From IMG/VR virus record IMGVR_UViG_3300032770_000001, positions 186,001 through 250,000 of that record: DNA of 64,000 bases. One strand, 5' to 3'. Shown here piece by piece: positions 26,621 to 35,618 of this stretch. The notes under the pieces were generated by a model. That model was not told the origin of the DNA, did no database searches, and saw nothing but the letters and a program-made list of their open reading frames with translations. The number at the start of each line of letters is the position of its first letter. Position 1 is the stretch's first letter. A program made the position numbers and the translations under genes.

Positions 26621-27762
26621 TGGCAAACCGAGAATACAGAGAAGAGCGTTACGACTACACCGGAGGGCGTGAGCACGCCCCGGAGTTGATCGTTGCAGTC
26701 GGCATCTCCGGCTCAGGGAAATCCACGGAGATCACGCAGATGGTGAAACGGTCACAGGGTAAGACCGTCCGCTTGAACCGTGACGACATGCGCAAGATGC
26801 TTTTCTGCGGAGCCGATTGGAACAAGCGGAACGAGGATTACGTCCGCAAGGCTCAGATGGAAGCTGCACGCATCGCGCTCCAGATGGGCAAGAACGTGGT
26901 GATCGACGACACCAACTGCATCCGGCAGACCCGGCAGAAGTGGGAAGAGTTGGCGGTCGATCTGCACACGCACCTGCGCTTCCTGATCTGGCAAGTGGAC
27001 TTAAAGGTCGCTGTAGAGCGAGATGCACTTCGCGGCGTAATCTGCGAAGCCTGTAAGCGTCCTATGGGCGCAATGGTGGGCGAAGAGATCATTCGCCGCC
27101 AAGCAAAGGATTTGGGACAGTTCAGCATGAGTCACGAAGTCAAGGCAGCGACGTTGACCCGCCCCTATTGGGAGCGGCAACAGCTTCTCAAGGGAGGCTT
27201 CATCCCCCGTCTGCCCGGACGCCCGTGGATTCTGTACGATCTGGACGGTACAGTAGCGAAGCGTGGCGACCGTGGTCGGTTCGAGGAGCACAAGGTCATC
27301 CTCGATACCTACTATGACACCGTCGTGCAATGGATTCGTGCATTGCAGCCGTTCTACAACTTGGCAGCCGTCTCCGGACGGCAGGATTTCTGCGGTGATG
27401 ACACCTGCGATTGGTTGCAGGCTGGTGACGTTCCGTTTGACCGCATCATCATGCGGTACACGCGGGATAACCGCCCTGACTATCAGGTGAAGGAAGAAAT
27501 CCTGAAAGAGTTGCAGGCTGTTGTCGGTCAGTCCGTGGGTTACTTCGACTCGAACGAAGAGTTTCGCGTTCCTGACGAGGGAATCGCGTTCGTAATCGAC
27601 GACCGTCCGCAGGTAGTCAAGATGTGGCGGTCGCACGGCTTGACGGTGTTCCCGGTTCGGGGTGTGGATAAGCATACCAAGGACTGCACGGAGCAGCACA
27701 AGGACAAGCCGTGGTACAAGGACGGCTACTGCGCTGAATGCGGAGCGGTCGAGGACTTCTGA
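26620..27762 (+). CDS. pseT: polynucleotide 5'-kinase/3'-phosphatase (T4 PseT-like Pnkp)
   Basis: P-loop GISGSGKST, RDD, DDTN; HAD domain DLDGT, SGR, K, IDDRPQV; start re-called at TAATG overlap. Confidence 0.92.
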   Translation: MANREYREERYDYTGGREHAPELIVAVGISGSGKSTEITQMVKRSQGKTVRLNRDDMRKMLFCGADWNKRNEDYVRKAQMEAARIALQMGKNVVIDDTNCIRQTRQKWEELAVDLHTHLRFLIWQVDLKVAVERDALRGVICEACKRPMGAMVGEEIIRRQAKDLGQFSMSHEVKAATLTRPYWERQQLLKGGFIPRLPGRPWILYDLDGTVAKRGDRGRFEEHKVILDTYYDTVVQWIRALQPFYNLAAVSGRQDFCGDDTCDWLQAGDVPFDRIIMRYTRDNRPDYQVKEEILKELQAVVGQSVGYFDSNEEFRVPDEGIAFVIDDRPQVVKMWRSHGLTVFPVRGVDKHTKDCTEQHKDKPWYKDGYCAECGAVEDF

Positions 27763-27926
27763 TGCTGCTCGACAGTTTTAGAGGTACGGTCGAGCAGGGC
27801 TGTCCGCTGTGTCGTTGGTTTGGCATTGTCCGGGCGTTTCCAGCACATTGGAGATCGCACAGTGTGCTGGAGCGCATGGTTTATCGCTTACGCAAGCTAC
27901 GGAGGCTTCGATGGGTCGCCAAATAA
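27762..27926 (+). CDS. small hypothetical protein
   Basis: TGATG overlap, GAGG RBS, CPLC. Confidence 0.45.
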   Translation: MLLDSFRGTVEQGCPLCRWFGIVRAFPAHWRSHSVLERMVYRLRKLRRLRWVAK

Positions 27927-28198
27927 TCAAACAGCCAAACGGTCTGTTCGCCCTCTGGTCGTCCAATTCGGACAAGTTTGTCTGGATCGACGCCACGAAG
28001 CAGGAGATGATTGACGCTTTCGCTGAGGAGGCTCGAAAAGAAGCAGTCGAGCGAACCGAGGAGATTTTTGCCGAACTGGAAGCCGGGGGAAGCCCCTACT
28101 ATCAGTGGACTCAGACGTATGAAGAGGCCGTCGCCTACTACGAACGTGTCCATGGGAAAAAATTCAATCCGGAAGAAGTAGGAACAGACGATGAGTGA
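27911..28198 (+). CDS. hypothetical protein
   Basis: Start re-called behind GGAGG: MGRQIIKQPNGLFALWSS. Confidence 0.65.
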   Translation: MGRQIIKQPNGLFALWSSNSDKFVWIDATKQEMIDAFAEEARKEAVERTEEIFAELEAGGSPYYQWTQTYEEAVAYYERVHGKKFNPEEVGTDDE

Positions 28199-28466
28199 AC
28201 CGAATTTAGTCGATGCATACACGTTCCGACTGTGCGGCAAGGAATTGGAAACCTTCCTTGCGTGGGAAGAAGAGCACAACAAGACTTGCAAATATTACGA
28301 TGACGGCACGTCCCCGGTCTGCCCGTCAGGGGCGATTGGTGGGCAGATGCAGTTCTGCTTTACCAACACCGGATTGGGGACCATTGTCGTAGTCGAGTGT
28401 TTGTGTTATACCAATGATGGTGACGAACGAGGCAAAAAGAACGTCACCGACTTTGATAGCTGGTAG
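28191..28466 (+). CDS. small putative metal-binding protein (paralog of 56525-56767)
   Basis: W...H...C, F..TGLG, CLC, TDFDSW. Confidence 0.65.
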   Translation: MSEPNLVDAYTFRLCGKELETFLAWEEEHNKTCKYYDDGTSPVCPSGAIGGQMQFCFTNTGLGTIVVVECLCYTNDGDERGKKNVTDFDSW

Positions 28467-28473
28467 GTAAACT

Positions 28474-28779
28474 ATGGAAACACAGTTGTCCCCCGAAGTT
28501 GCAGTCTCGCAGCCGTCCCCCGATGATGTTGTGGTAACAGTCAGTGAGCAGGAAGAACAAGACCTGCGTTCACGTTTTACGACGTTCATCTCTTCGAACC
28601 CGACCGCCAAACGCCGCAGTGCTTTCTTAGCGGTGCGTTTCCCGTACACCGGGAAGGGTGGTTACGCAAAGCGCCGTGTTGTCCTCGATATGCTGGTTGC
28701 CGAGGGTCAGGTGCCGGAAGTGTTCGGGAGTCCTGAACTTCGCAAGCAACTTAAACAGAATGGACAAAATTCTCGATAA
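28474..28779 (+). CDS. hypothetical protein
   Basis: AGGT RBS, chain. Confidence 0.55.
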   Translation: METQLSPEVAVSQPSPDDVVVTVSEQEEQDLRSRFTTFISSNPTAKRRSAFLAVRFPYTGKGGYAKRRVVLDMLVAEGQVPEVFGSPELRKQLKQNGQNSR

Positions 28780-29146
28780 AGCTGGCGCGACCGCTTCGCT
28801 GATTTGTGCCGTGCACTGTATCAGCCTGCCGTTACTGTTCGCGGTGATCCCGGCAATAGGGCTCACGTGGCTGGATAATGTCTGGTTTGATCGAGTGTTT
28901 CTGGCGGCAGCCGTGGTGTTTGTGATTCTTGCTCATCCACGTGGGTATATAAGACACCGTCGTTGCATTCCAGCGGTGCTGGCACTCATCGGTATTGCTA
29001 CTGTGGTGTTGGCGATCTCGCTGTGGGAACAATCGGAAGCGCACCATTATCTGGTTGCATTGGGCGGCTTAACAATCGCTTCATCGCATTGGCTTAATCG
29101 GCATTTCCTGCATCACGCTTGTTGCGAGGGACATCATGGCAGATGA
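28760..29146 (+). CDS. MerC-domain membrane protein
   Basis: DKAGATASLICAVHC..LP N-terminal signature; 4 hydrophobic segments; GY.RHRR; His/Cys tail. Confidence 0.8.
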   Translation: MDKILDKAGATASLICAVHCISLPLLFAVIPAIGLTWLDNVWFDRVFLAAAVVFVILAHPRGYIRHRRCIPAVLALIGIATVVLAISLWEQSEAHHYLVALGGLTIASSHWLNRHFLHHACCEGHHGR

Positions 29147-29438
29147 GTATTATGTGCTTTCGTTGAAATGGTCGGTCGGTTCCGACTACGTCGTGTTTTG
29201 GGGACCGAATGACGGCGGCTATTTCACCAATCTTGCCGAAGCAGGACGATATTCGCAGGAGCAGATTGACGCACATCGTAGCTACTACGACAACGGCCAT
29301 ACCACCCTCGCGGTGCCATGTAGCGAGATTGACGCATTGGCATGGCGGACTGTTTTCGCTGATCGCCTGCACGACACGATTTTGAAGAATCATGGCGTGG
29401 ACTGGATGAAGGTGCTTGAAGAGCGGAGATGCGGATGA
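29136..29438 (+). CDS. hypothetical protein
   Basis: GAGGG RBS; FWGPNDGGY...AGRY motif. Confidence 0.65.
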   Translation: MADEYYVLSLKWSVGSDYVVFWGPNDGGYFTNLAEAGRYSQEQIDAHRSYYDNGHTTLAVPCSEIDALAWRTVFADRLHDTILKNHGVDWMKVLEERRCG

Positions 29439-29698
29439 GTGAAGTTACACTAACCTGCTCCCATACGATGGGGTTGGAGCGGGGGGATTTTATCACTGTC
29501 TCCGGGTTTGCAAACATAGCCAACAACGGCTCGTTCATCGTTCGCCGTGTTCGTGGCTTTGGGTTGATCGTGCAGCCAGCTTCGTTCTGGGATTATGTCC
29601 GGCACTATGCTCGACGGGTTATGACGTGGGCAAAGTGGTATTACTATGGAATATCCGACTTTGCCAACGAGTTGAGAGACTCGTGGATGGACGAATAG
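29435..29698 (+). CDS. hypothetical protein with FCCH-like beta module
   Basis: VTLT...GLERGDFITVSG...NNGSFIV. Confidence 0.55.
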   Translation: MSEVTLTCSHTMGLERGDFITVSGFANIANNGSFIVRRVRGFGLIVQPASFWDYVRHYARRVMTWAKWYYYGISDFANELRDSWMDE

Positions 29699-29705
29699 GA
29701 AATTT

Positions 29706-29876
29706 ATGGCGCAGCCGAAACGTCGAATGATACGGCAAGAGTGGTATCTTGCTTACATGCTGTGTGTGCTTTCAGGTGCCAGCTTTTTCGACGGGCACCG
29801 GATTAGCGGTGGAATTCTGTTAGGATTTTCGGTTTTGATTGTCGTTCTCTGCGATGGATTCGGAGTTCGATTGTGA
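29706..29876 (+). CDS. small membrane protein (56 aa)
   Basis: AGGA RBS; two hydrophobic stretches; below the ORF-track cutoff. Confidence 0.55.
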   Translation: MAQPKRRMIRQEWYLAYMLCVLSGASFFDGHRISGGILLGFSVLIVVLCDGFGVRL

Positions 29877-29885
29877 AAGGATACT

Positions 29886-31055
29886 ATGCCTGTTTACTTG
29901 AGAGACATTTTGCCTGTCGATTTGCTGATGAAGCACATCGAGGATGGCGTAGTCCGCAAGCAGGTACACCCTCAGTATCCTGATCTCTTCATCCTCAATT
30001 ATTCTGAACATGCCCAGTTTGGCAAGATTTGGGACAACGTCACCAACAACTGCCGTGGGCTGATCGTACACGCACCCACCGGATTGCCGGATGCGGTCGT
30101 AGTTGCACGTCCGTTCAAGAAGTTCCACAACCTGAACACGACCTACATCCCGGAGACGATGGAAGAGAATCTCCCGAAGGATGAAGTTCCGCTTGTGACC
30201 ACGAAGCTGGATGGGTCAATGGGCGTACTATACGTGTGGGACAACCTTCTTTGGATGGCAACGCGGGGCTCGTTCGCATCAGAGCAGGCGCGTTGGGCTA
30301 CGGGATGGTTACGTGCGCACTTCGAGCGTCTCGGTCAGTATCGTCCGTATCATCCTTGGTTGCCGGATACGACTCCGGTATTTGAGGTCATTTACGAAGA
30401 GAATCGAATCGTAGTGGCTTATGATTTCGAGGGTTGTGTGCTGCTCGGAATCATCAACCATGAGGACGGACGTGAGTTCCGCCGCGACTCAGTTGAACGG
30501 TTCGGTGCCATGTACGATTTCAAGGTTGTGCCGAAGTTCGACAAGTCCCTGTCGGAGTGTGTTTCAGAGAACACCCTGAACGAGGAAGGTTACGTGTTGA
30601 CCTATAGTAACGGTACTAAAGTAAAGGTCAAGTTCCTCGATTATTGCCGCCTCCACAAGGTTCTTACTGGTATGAATCCACGGGGGATATGGGAATTACT
30701 AGCCAAAAATCAGACCGAGACGGTAGAATTGATATTGAAGGACGAGAAAATGCCGGAGCAGTTCAAGGCATGGTTCTCCGGCTGGGTTGAGCACCTTCGC
30801 ACGAAGTATCAGGATATCGAACGTCGTGCGCAGGCGGTTTTTGCAACCCGCCCCTTCACTGGTAAGTGGGCGTCGGAGCCATCGCCGGAAGGCTTGAAGT
30901 TGTGGCGTAAGACGCAGGCTTTGCACTTCCAGAAGACCCCGGACTTGTGTTCGGTTCTGTTTGCGATGCTCGACGAGAAGCCGTATGCGGAGATCATCTG
31001 GGACAGACTGAAGCCGAGAGCGGATGAAAGAACGTTCAGAAAGGACGGAGAGTAA
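29886..31055 (+). CDS. RNA ligase, T4 Rnl1 family
   Basis: CRGLI, RPFKKFHN, motif I KLDGS, ATRGSF, FEVI..ENRIV, EGYV, KVK. Confidence 0.92.
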   Translation: MPVYLRDILPVDLLMKHIEDGVVRKQVHPQYPDLFILNYSEHAQFGKIWDNVTNNCRGLIVHAPTGLPDAVVVARPFKKFHNLNTTYIPETMEENLPKDEVPLVTTKLDGSMGVLYVWDNLLWMATRGSFASEQARWATGWLRAHFERLGQYRPYHPWLPDTTPVFEVIYEENRIVVAYDFEGCVLLGIINHEDGREFRRDSVERFGAMYDFKVVPKFDKSLSECVSENTLNEEGYVLTYSNGTKVKVKFLDYCRLHKVLTGMNPRGIWELLAKNQTETVELILKDEKMPEQFKAWFSGWVEHLRTKYQDIERRAQAVFATRPFTGKWASEPSPEGLKLWRKTQALHFQKTPDLCSVLFAMLDEKPYAEIIWDRLKPRADERTFRKDGE

Positions 31056-31270
31056 TGACACTGTTGAATGCACTGTTCGGATGCACGCACGGGAATTACA
31101 GTTTCCCCCGTACACCCAAGGGGCCGAAACGACCTCAGGCAGCAGCAATCACGGGCACATACGTTGTCTGTCTCGACTGCGGCAAAGAAATGCCGTATGA
31201 CATGAACGAAATGAAAATCGTGGACGCTAAGAAGCTGGACGTTTCTTGCGTCCCCGTTCTGGAAGGATAA
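31055..31270 (+). CDS. small zinc-binding protein
   Basis: LFGCTHGNYSFP...TYVVCLDCGKE.PYD. Confidence 0.7.
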   Translation: MTLLNALFGCTHGNYSFPRTPKGPKRPQAAAITGTYVVCLDCGKEMPYDMNEMKIVDAKKLDVSCVPVLEG

Positions 31271-31273
31271 CCC

Positions 31274-31316
31274 ATGAACTTGGCAGCTACAGTCGCTATG
31301 AACTTGGCAGCTACAG
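31274..31316 (+). repeat. 24-nt-period tandem duplication at gene start
   Basis: ATGAACTTGGCAGCTACAG at 31274 and 31298. Confidence 0.9.
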
Positions 31317-32605
31317 CCGTCATGAAGGAACTGCGACGGGCGGGTCATCAGGCTTACCTCGTGGGTGGTTGTGTGCGTGACATCCTTCTCCAGCGTAAGC
31401 CAAAGGATTTCGACGTAACGACTGATGCCACACCTGAGCAGGTTCAGGCTCTTTTTGAACACACGCTGGCAGTCGGTGCCTCTTTCGGTGTGGTGATTGT
31501 TCTGGTGGATGTCGATGGCGTTGACCATCAGATTGAAGTCGCCACGTTCCGAACCGATGGTCAGTATTCTGACGGTCGGCGACCGGATTCTGTCGTCTAC
31601 AGCCTGAGTGCGGAAGAGGACGTGAAGCGTCGGGACTTCACTATTAACGGTTTGTTGTGTCTCGGCGAGGCAGACACGGGCTCCGTAGCGGAGTACGAGG
31701 CCGCTCTTACGGGTGCCACAGACCGCGTCACGGTCGGCAATCATACGTTCGGAATCGTGGATCATGTCGGCGGTATCGCTGACATCCAGCGGGGAATTAT
31801 CCGTTGCATCGGCGACCCGGATGCCCGGTTCGGCGAGGACGCCTTGCGGATGCTTCGGGCGGTTCGGTTTGCTGCTCAGCTTGGCTTCGAGATCGAGAAC
31901 GCCACGTGGAGGGCAATCGAAAAGAATGCCCTCGCGATCAAGCAGGTCAGTGCGGAACGGGTTCGTGACGAACTCTTCAAGCTGTTCGCTGCTCCATTCC
32001 CGGTCGAGGGGTTGGTGCCACTGTTCAGCACCGGGCTGGCGCAGCACGTATTTCCGGTAGAGGTTGTCCGGGAATTGCGGATGGCGTACTGCTTGCGGCG
32101 ATTCGAGCGATTCAACTCTGCGCTGCCGGAAGTCGGCTTGGCGATGTTGCTCAACGACACGAACCCACGGGCGACTGTCGAACTTTGCAACGCCCTCAAG
32201 CTGCCGAACGACGTAAAGGAAGCGGTTGTGAACGGCGTGTTCTACGTCGATACGATTGCTGCCTCTCCGAAGTTCGACATGGCAACCGTTAAGCGCACGA
32301 TGCGCAAGAGGGGGATCAAGATTGCTCTGGAGTTGTTCTTGCAGGATGAAATGGTCGGCAAGACGAACCGGGGCATGGAAGAGACCATGCGCATCTATAA
32401 CCGATTCGCCAACTTGACTCCAGAAGAGATTAAGCCTGCGCCGTTTATCACTGGCGACGATTTGATCGCGAAGGGGTTGACGCCCGGACCGGAGTTCCGA
32501 CGCATCCTCGAAGACCTTGAGACTTACCAGTTGAACGGTGGAATCAAGTCTCGTGCTGATGCTGAGGAACGATTGAAATTCGTGTGGACGGGGGAGGCTA
32601 AGTAA
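31274..32605 (+). CDS. cca: class II tRNA nucleotidyltransferase (CCA-adding enzyme)
   Basis: YLVGGCVRD, DFD, EVATFR, RRDFTING, EDALRMLRAVRF; lacks the poly(A) polymerase GRRF signature; no HD domain. Confidence 0.9.
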   Translation: MNLAATVAMNLAATAVMKELRRAGHQAYLVGGCVRDILLQRKPKDFDVTTDATPEQVQALFEHTLAVGASFGVVIVLVDVDGVDHQIEVATFRTDGQYSDGRRPDSVVYSLSAEEDVKRRDFTINGLLCLGEADTGSVAEYEAALTGATDRVTVGNHTFGIVDHVGGIADIQRGIIRCIGDPDARFGEDALRMLRAVRFAAQLGFEIENATWRAIEKNALAIKQVSAERVRDELFKLFAAPFPVEGLVPLFSTGLAQHVFPVEVVRELRMAYCLRRFERFNSALPEVGLAMLLNDTNPRATVELCNALKLPNDVKEAVVNGVFYVDTIAASPKFDMATVKRTMRKRGIKIALELFLQDEMVGKTNRGMEETMRIYNRFANLTPEEIKPAPFITGDDLIAKGLTPGPEFRRILEDLETYQLNGGIKSRADAEERLKFVWTGEAK

Positions 32606-33150
32606 TGCAGCCAGCCTCCCCATCCCGCTTTAAGAGCCTGACCATACTGGCGGATGTATCCACTCTCAAAGAAGCACAGTCAATCCGCGATCTTCTTGAA
32701 GTCGAATTTACCGATTTGAGTATCCGGCTTCTCCCGGTGCCGGGACTGATCCCTGAGATGTGGGAGAAAATTCTGATCCCTTCATTGCCAACGGATCAAC
32801 TGGTCATTGGGTTCGGGTTGTGCGGCACCGTAGCGGCACGCATTCAGGAAACACACCCGGAGTTGGGTTTGTCGGTGATGGCGATCAACTCTCCGACTAC
32901 GACCGCATTTTGGCAGGTCATCTGGAAATCGGATCAACGGGTTGCAATCTATTCCAGCAACTATGAACCGATCAAGGGCGTGAACTGGACCGGATTGGCT
33001 GAAACGGCTCTGGACGTGGACTGGCTTCAGCACGGGATGTTCTCGGAAAATGGTGGGAACCTTTGCAAATATGCCATCGCTTACTACGTCGCGGCTTACC
33101 TCATCAACCGAAATCTGGAACCAGCGGTTTCTTCATTTTCTGCTCAATAA
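32605..33150 (+). CDS. hypothetical protein (possible degenerate alpha/beta hydrolase fold)
   Basis: GGAGG RBS; LVIGFGLCG resembles a nucleophile elbow without Ser. Confidence 0.55.
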   Translation: MQPASPSRFKSLTILADVSTLKEAQSIRDLLEVEFTDLSIRLLPVPGLIPEMWEKILIPSLPTDQLVIGFGLCGTVAARIQETHPELGLSVMAINSPTTTAFWQVIWKSDQRVAIYSSNYEPIKGVNWTGLAETALDVDWLQHGMFSENGGNLCKYAIAYYVAAYLINRNLEPAVSSFSAQ

Positions 33151-33201
33151 GACTCTTCCCAAAAAGTCTTTCTCGCGTTATATTCAAACAGAGGTTTAAC
33201 G

Positions 33202-33501
33202 ATGAAATTCTATCGCAACGCTTTACTGCTCGTGTTGTTCGCCATCGTGAACTACTACGGTATCCAGTACGGATTCCTCGGACTAAACACTGCTAACGAT
33301 TTCGCGTTCATTGGCGGCTTCGTCGGCCTCGTGATTTTGTTCATCACCGATGTGCTCATCATTTGGCGTGTCATCAAGACCTACGCCAAGAAAGCTGAGG
33401 ATTCACTTTGCCAAGAAAAAGCAACCCTAGCGGCGGAAGCCTCGGCTCCGTCACCGTCACCCGCTCCAACAACCCAACAAGCTTCGGAAACGTCGAAGTA
33501 A
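33202..33501 (+). CDS. membrane protein (2 TM)
   Basis: GAGG RBS; hydrophobic N-half; directly upstream of the SPFH gene. Confidence 0.65.
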   Translation: MKFYRNALLLVLFAIVNYYGIQYGFLGLNTANDFAFIGGFVGLVILFITDVLIIWRVIKTYAKKAEDSLCQEKATLAAEASAPSPSPAPTTQQASETSK

Positions 33502-33512
33502 AGGTTCCCAAA

Positions 33513-34466
33513 ATGTCAATTGGAAAACCCATCTCGTACATCGTCCTCGCGATTGTGTTGCTGATAATCACCATCTCAGTCGGCTGCGCTTTCAATCGCG
33601 TCAGTCCCGGTCATGCCGGGATCGTCGTCAACCAAGCTGGTTCCAACAAGGGTGTGCAGGATCAAGTCGCACGCACCGGATGGTTCTGGATCAACCCGTT
33701 CACCGAGAATCTGATCGAGTATCAGACCTCGCAACGTATGGAGAAGTGGACTAAGGATTCGAATGAAGGCAAGCCCGGTAACACCGAAGTGTCCTTCACC
33801 AACAAAGACTCGATGGTGATTTACGCTGATGTTGCTATCGCGTTCTCCCTCGATCCGAACAAAGTTCCGGCGTTCTACCTCAAGTTTTTGGCGACGAGTG
33901 AGGATGATCTGGATCAGAAGTTCACCAACGGCTACCTGCGCAACGATGTGCGTAACTGCCTCAACGAACTGGCTGGTCAGTACGACATCAAGCAGATCAT
34001 GGGCGACAACGCCGAGTTCTTGAAGCGCACGCAGAAGTGCATTCAGGACGACGTGATTCAGTGGGGCGTCAACATCGATCAGTTTGGTCTGATCGGGGCA
34101 CCGCGTCCGCCGCAGAACGTGGTCGATTCAATCAACCTGAAAGCACAGGCTGAACAGATCGCCACACAGAAACAGATCGAACTGACGCAGGTCCAAGCCG
34201 AAGCCGCAAAGCGTGTTGCCGAAGCTGAGGGCGATGCGAAGGCTCAGGTTACCCGCGCACAAGGTGAAGCTGAGGCAAACCGTCTCCGCAACACCAGCAT
34301 CACAGAGAACATCCTGCGTATGCGTGCACTGGACAACCAGCACGATCTGATCTGGAATTTGAAAGACCATCCGGGAATCATGCCATCCACGCTAGTCATC
34401 AGCGGAGGCGGCGGCAAAGATTCCGTCCCCGGCATCCTGTTCAACGTGGACGCCGGAAAGAAGTAA
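33513..34466 (+). CDS. SPFH/band-7/prohibitin family protein
   Basis: N-terminal TM, VSPGHAGIVV, GWFWINPF, AE/AQ-rich coiled coil AQGEAEANRL; start re-called at ATG 33513. Confidence 0.9.
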   Translation: MSIGKPISYIVLAIVLLIITISVGCAFNRVSPGHAGIVVNQAGSNKGVQDQVARTGWFWINPFTENLIEYQTSQRMEKWTKDSNEGKPGNTEVSFTNKDSMVIYADVAIAFSLDPNKVPAFYLKFLATSEDDLDQKFTNGYLRNDVRNCLNELAGQYDIKQIMGDNAEFLKRTQKCIQDDVIQWGVNIDQFGLIGAPRPPQNVVDSINLKAQAEQIATQKQIELTQVQAEAAKRVAEAEGDAKAQVTRAQGEAEANRLRNTSITENILRMRALDNQHDLIWNLKDHPGIMPSTLVISGGGGKDSVPGILFNVDAGKK

Positions 34467-34468
34467 AC

Positions 34469-34666
34469 ATGGTGCCGACTTGCTGGCTTTGTGGGACTGT
34501 CAATGATTGCAACTGTCCCTCTCCTGAGGAGTACGAGAAGCGAAAACAGGAGCGGGAGCGACGGGAGCAACAGAAGCAGCACGAAGCCAGCATTCGGCGT
34601 CAGCGTGCCAAGATTAAAATTTCACCGTGGTATCATCCGCCCAACTCGTCCGAGGACTCAGAATAG
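34469..34666 (+). CDS. small Cys-rich hypothetical protein
   Basis: CWLCG...CNC followed by a charged helix. Confidence 0.5.
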   Translation: MVPTCWLCGTVNDCNCPSPEEYEKRKQERERREQQKQHEASIRRQRAKIKISPWYHPPNSSEDSE

Positions 34667-34680
34667 TCGCACTTTGGATC

Positions 34681-34848
34681 ATGGTGCTGTTCTTCACCAT
34701 GCTCGGAGTCGTCGGCGCTTTTCTGTTTATCGCCTCGGCGATCACTAATCAGCCTGACGGTGGGGTCATCAGTTTTCTGCTTGTGATTTTCTGCATAAAA
34801 ATGGTATTCTGGCTGCTAGATTCTCTCGTGGAGACAATGGAACGATGA
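34681..34848 (+). CDS. small membrane protein
   Basis: Two hydrophobic stretches; ATGA overlap with the next gene; start uncertain. Confidence 0.5.
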   Translation: MVLFFTMLGVVGAFLFIASAITNQPDGGVISFLLVIFCIKMVFWLLDSLVETMER

Positions 34849-35618
34849 CCGAGAAGTGGCCCTCAACGCTTATCATCTGGCGGCATGGACAGAGCGAAGC
34901 TAACGTCCGCAAGGAAGCGGCAAAGAAAGCCGGACAGGAGCCTGCTTGGACTGGTCGGCTACGTGATATGGATTCCCCTCTCACGTCACTTGGTGAGCAA
35001 CAGGCTCTCGTTTTGGGTCAGGAATTGGGTCGTCGCTATCCGGCGAACGACATCTACCGTATCGAGAAGCACACGTTTGAATATCCTGCGATTCGCAGCA
35101 ACAAGATGATTCAAATCATCCTGTCTTCCCCATACGTGCGCACCAGACAGACTACAGCGAAGATCATCGAGGGTCTCGGTTATACGCCACGGGTTGTTTA
35201 CGATGAGCGTCTCCGTGAAATCGACTTCGGGATGATGGACGGCATCGACCGTGCCACGTTCCGCACGCTTTATCCTCATGAAGCGGACCGTCGCGAGAAG
35301 GACGGCAAGTATTGGTATCGACCGCCCGGTGGTGAGAATCGCCCCGATTGCCGTATGCGCGTGCATAGCCTACTCGACACCCTGAACCGTGATTATGTCG
35401 GTATGTGCGTCGGCATTTCCACCCACAGCGTCATCAAGCTGGGCTTCCGCAGCCTGCTGGAACGCTGGGGCGAGGAAGAATACATGCAGGTTGACCGTGA
35501 GGACGACGTGAAGAATGCCAGTTTGACGGTTTACAACCGTTTTGAACAGCGCAAGCTGGTGCTTCAAGAGTACAATACGATTGTTCCGATTGGAGAAAAT
35601 GATGAAAGGCTGCTCTAA
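34845..35618 (+). CDS. histidine phosphatase (phosphoglycerate mutase family)
   Basis: RHGQS, SSPYVRTRQT, LREIDFG, GGE, STH, NAS. Confidence 0.92.
   Translation: MTEKWPSTLIIWRHGQSEANVRKEAAKKAGQEPAWTGRLRDMDSPLTSLGEQQALVLGQELGRRYPANDIYRIEKHTFEYPAIRSNKMIQIILSSPYVRTRQTTAKIIEGLGYTPRVVYDERLREIDFGMMDGIDRATFRTLYPHEADRREKDGKYWYRPPGGENRPDCRMRVHSLLDTLNRDYVGMCVGISTHSVIKLGFRSLLERWGEEEYMQVDREDDVKNASLTVYNRFEQRKLVLQEYNTIVPIGENDERLL

Noticed and set aside
31274-32605. Poly(A) polymerase assignment
   Set aside because: Lacks the PAP-specific G[RK]RF signature (reads VGASFG) and keeps the flexible loop of CCA/A-adding enzymes.
30809-32623. 604-aa minus-strand ORF, and similar ones at 17085-18221, 53548-54432 and 56764-57540
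   Set aside because: They lie opposite well-supported + genes; expected from GC-biased codon usage.
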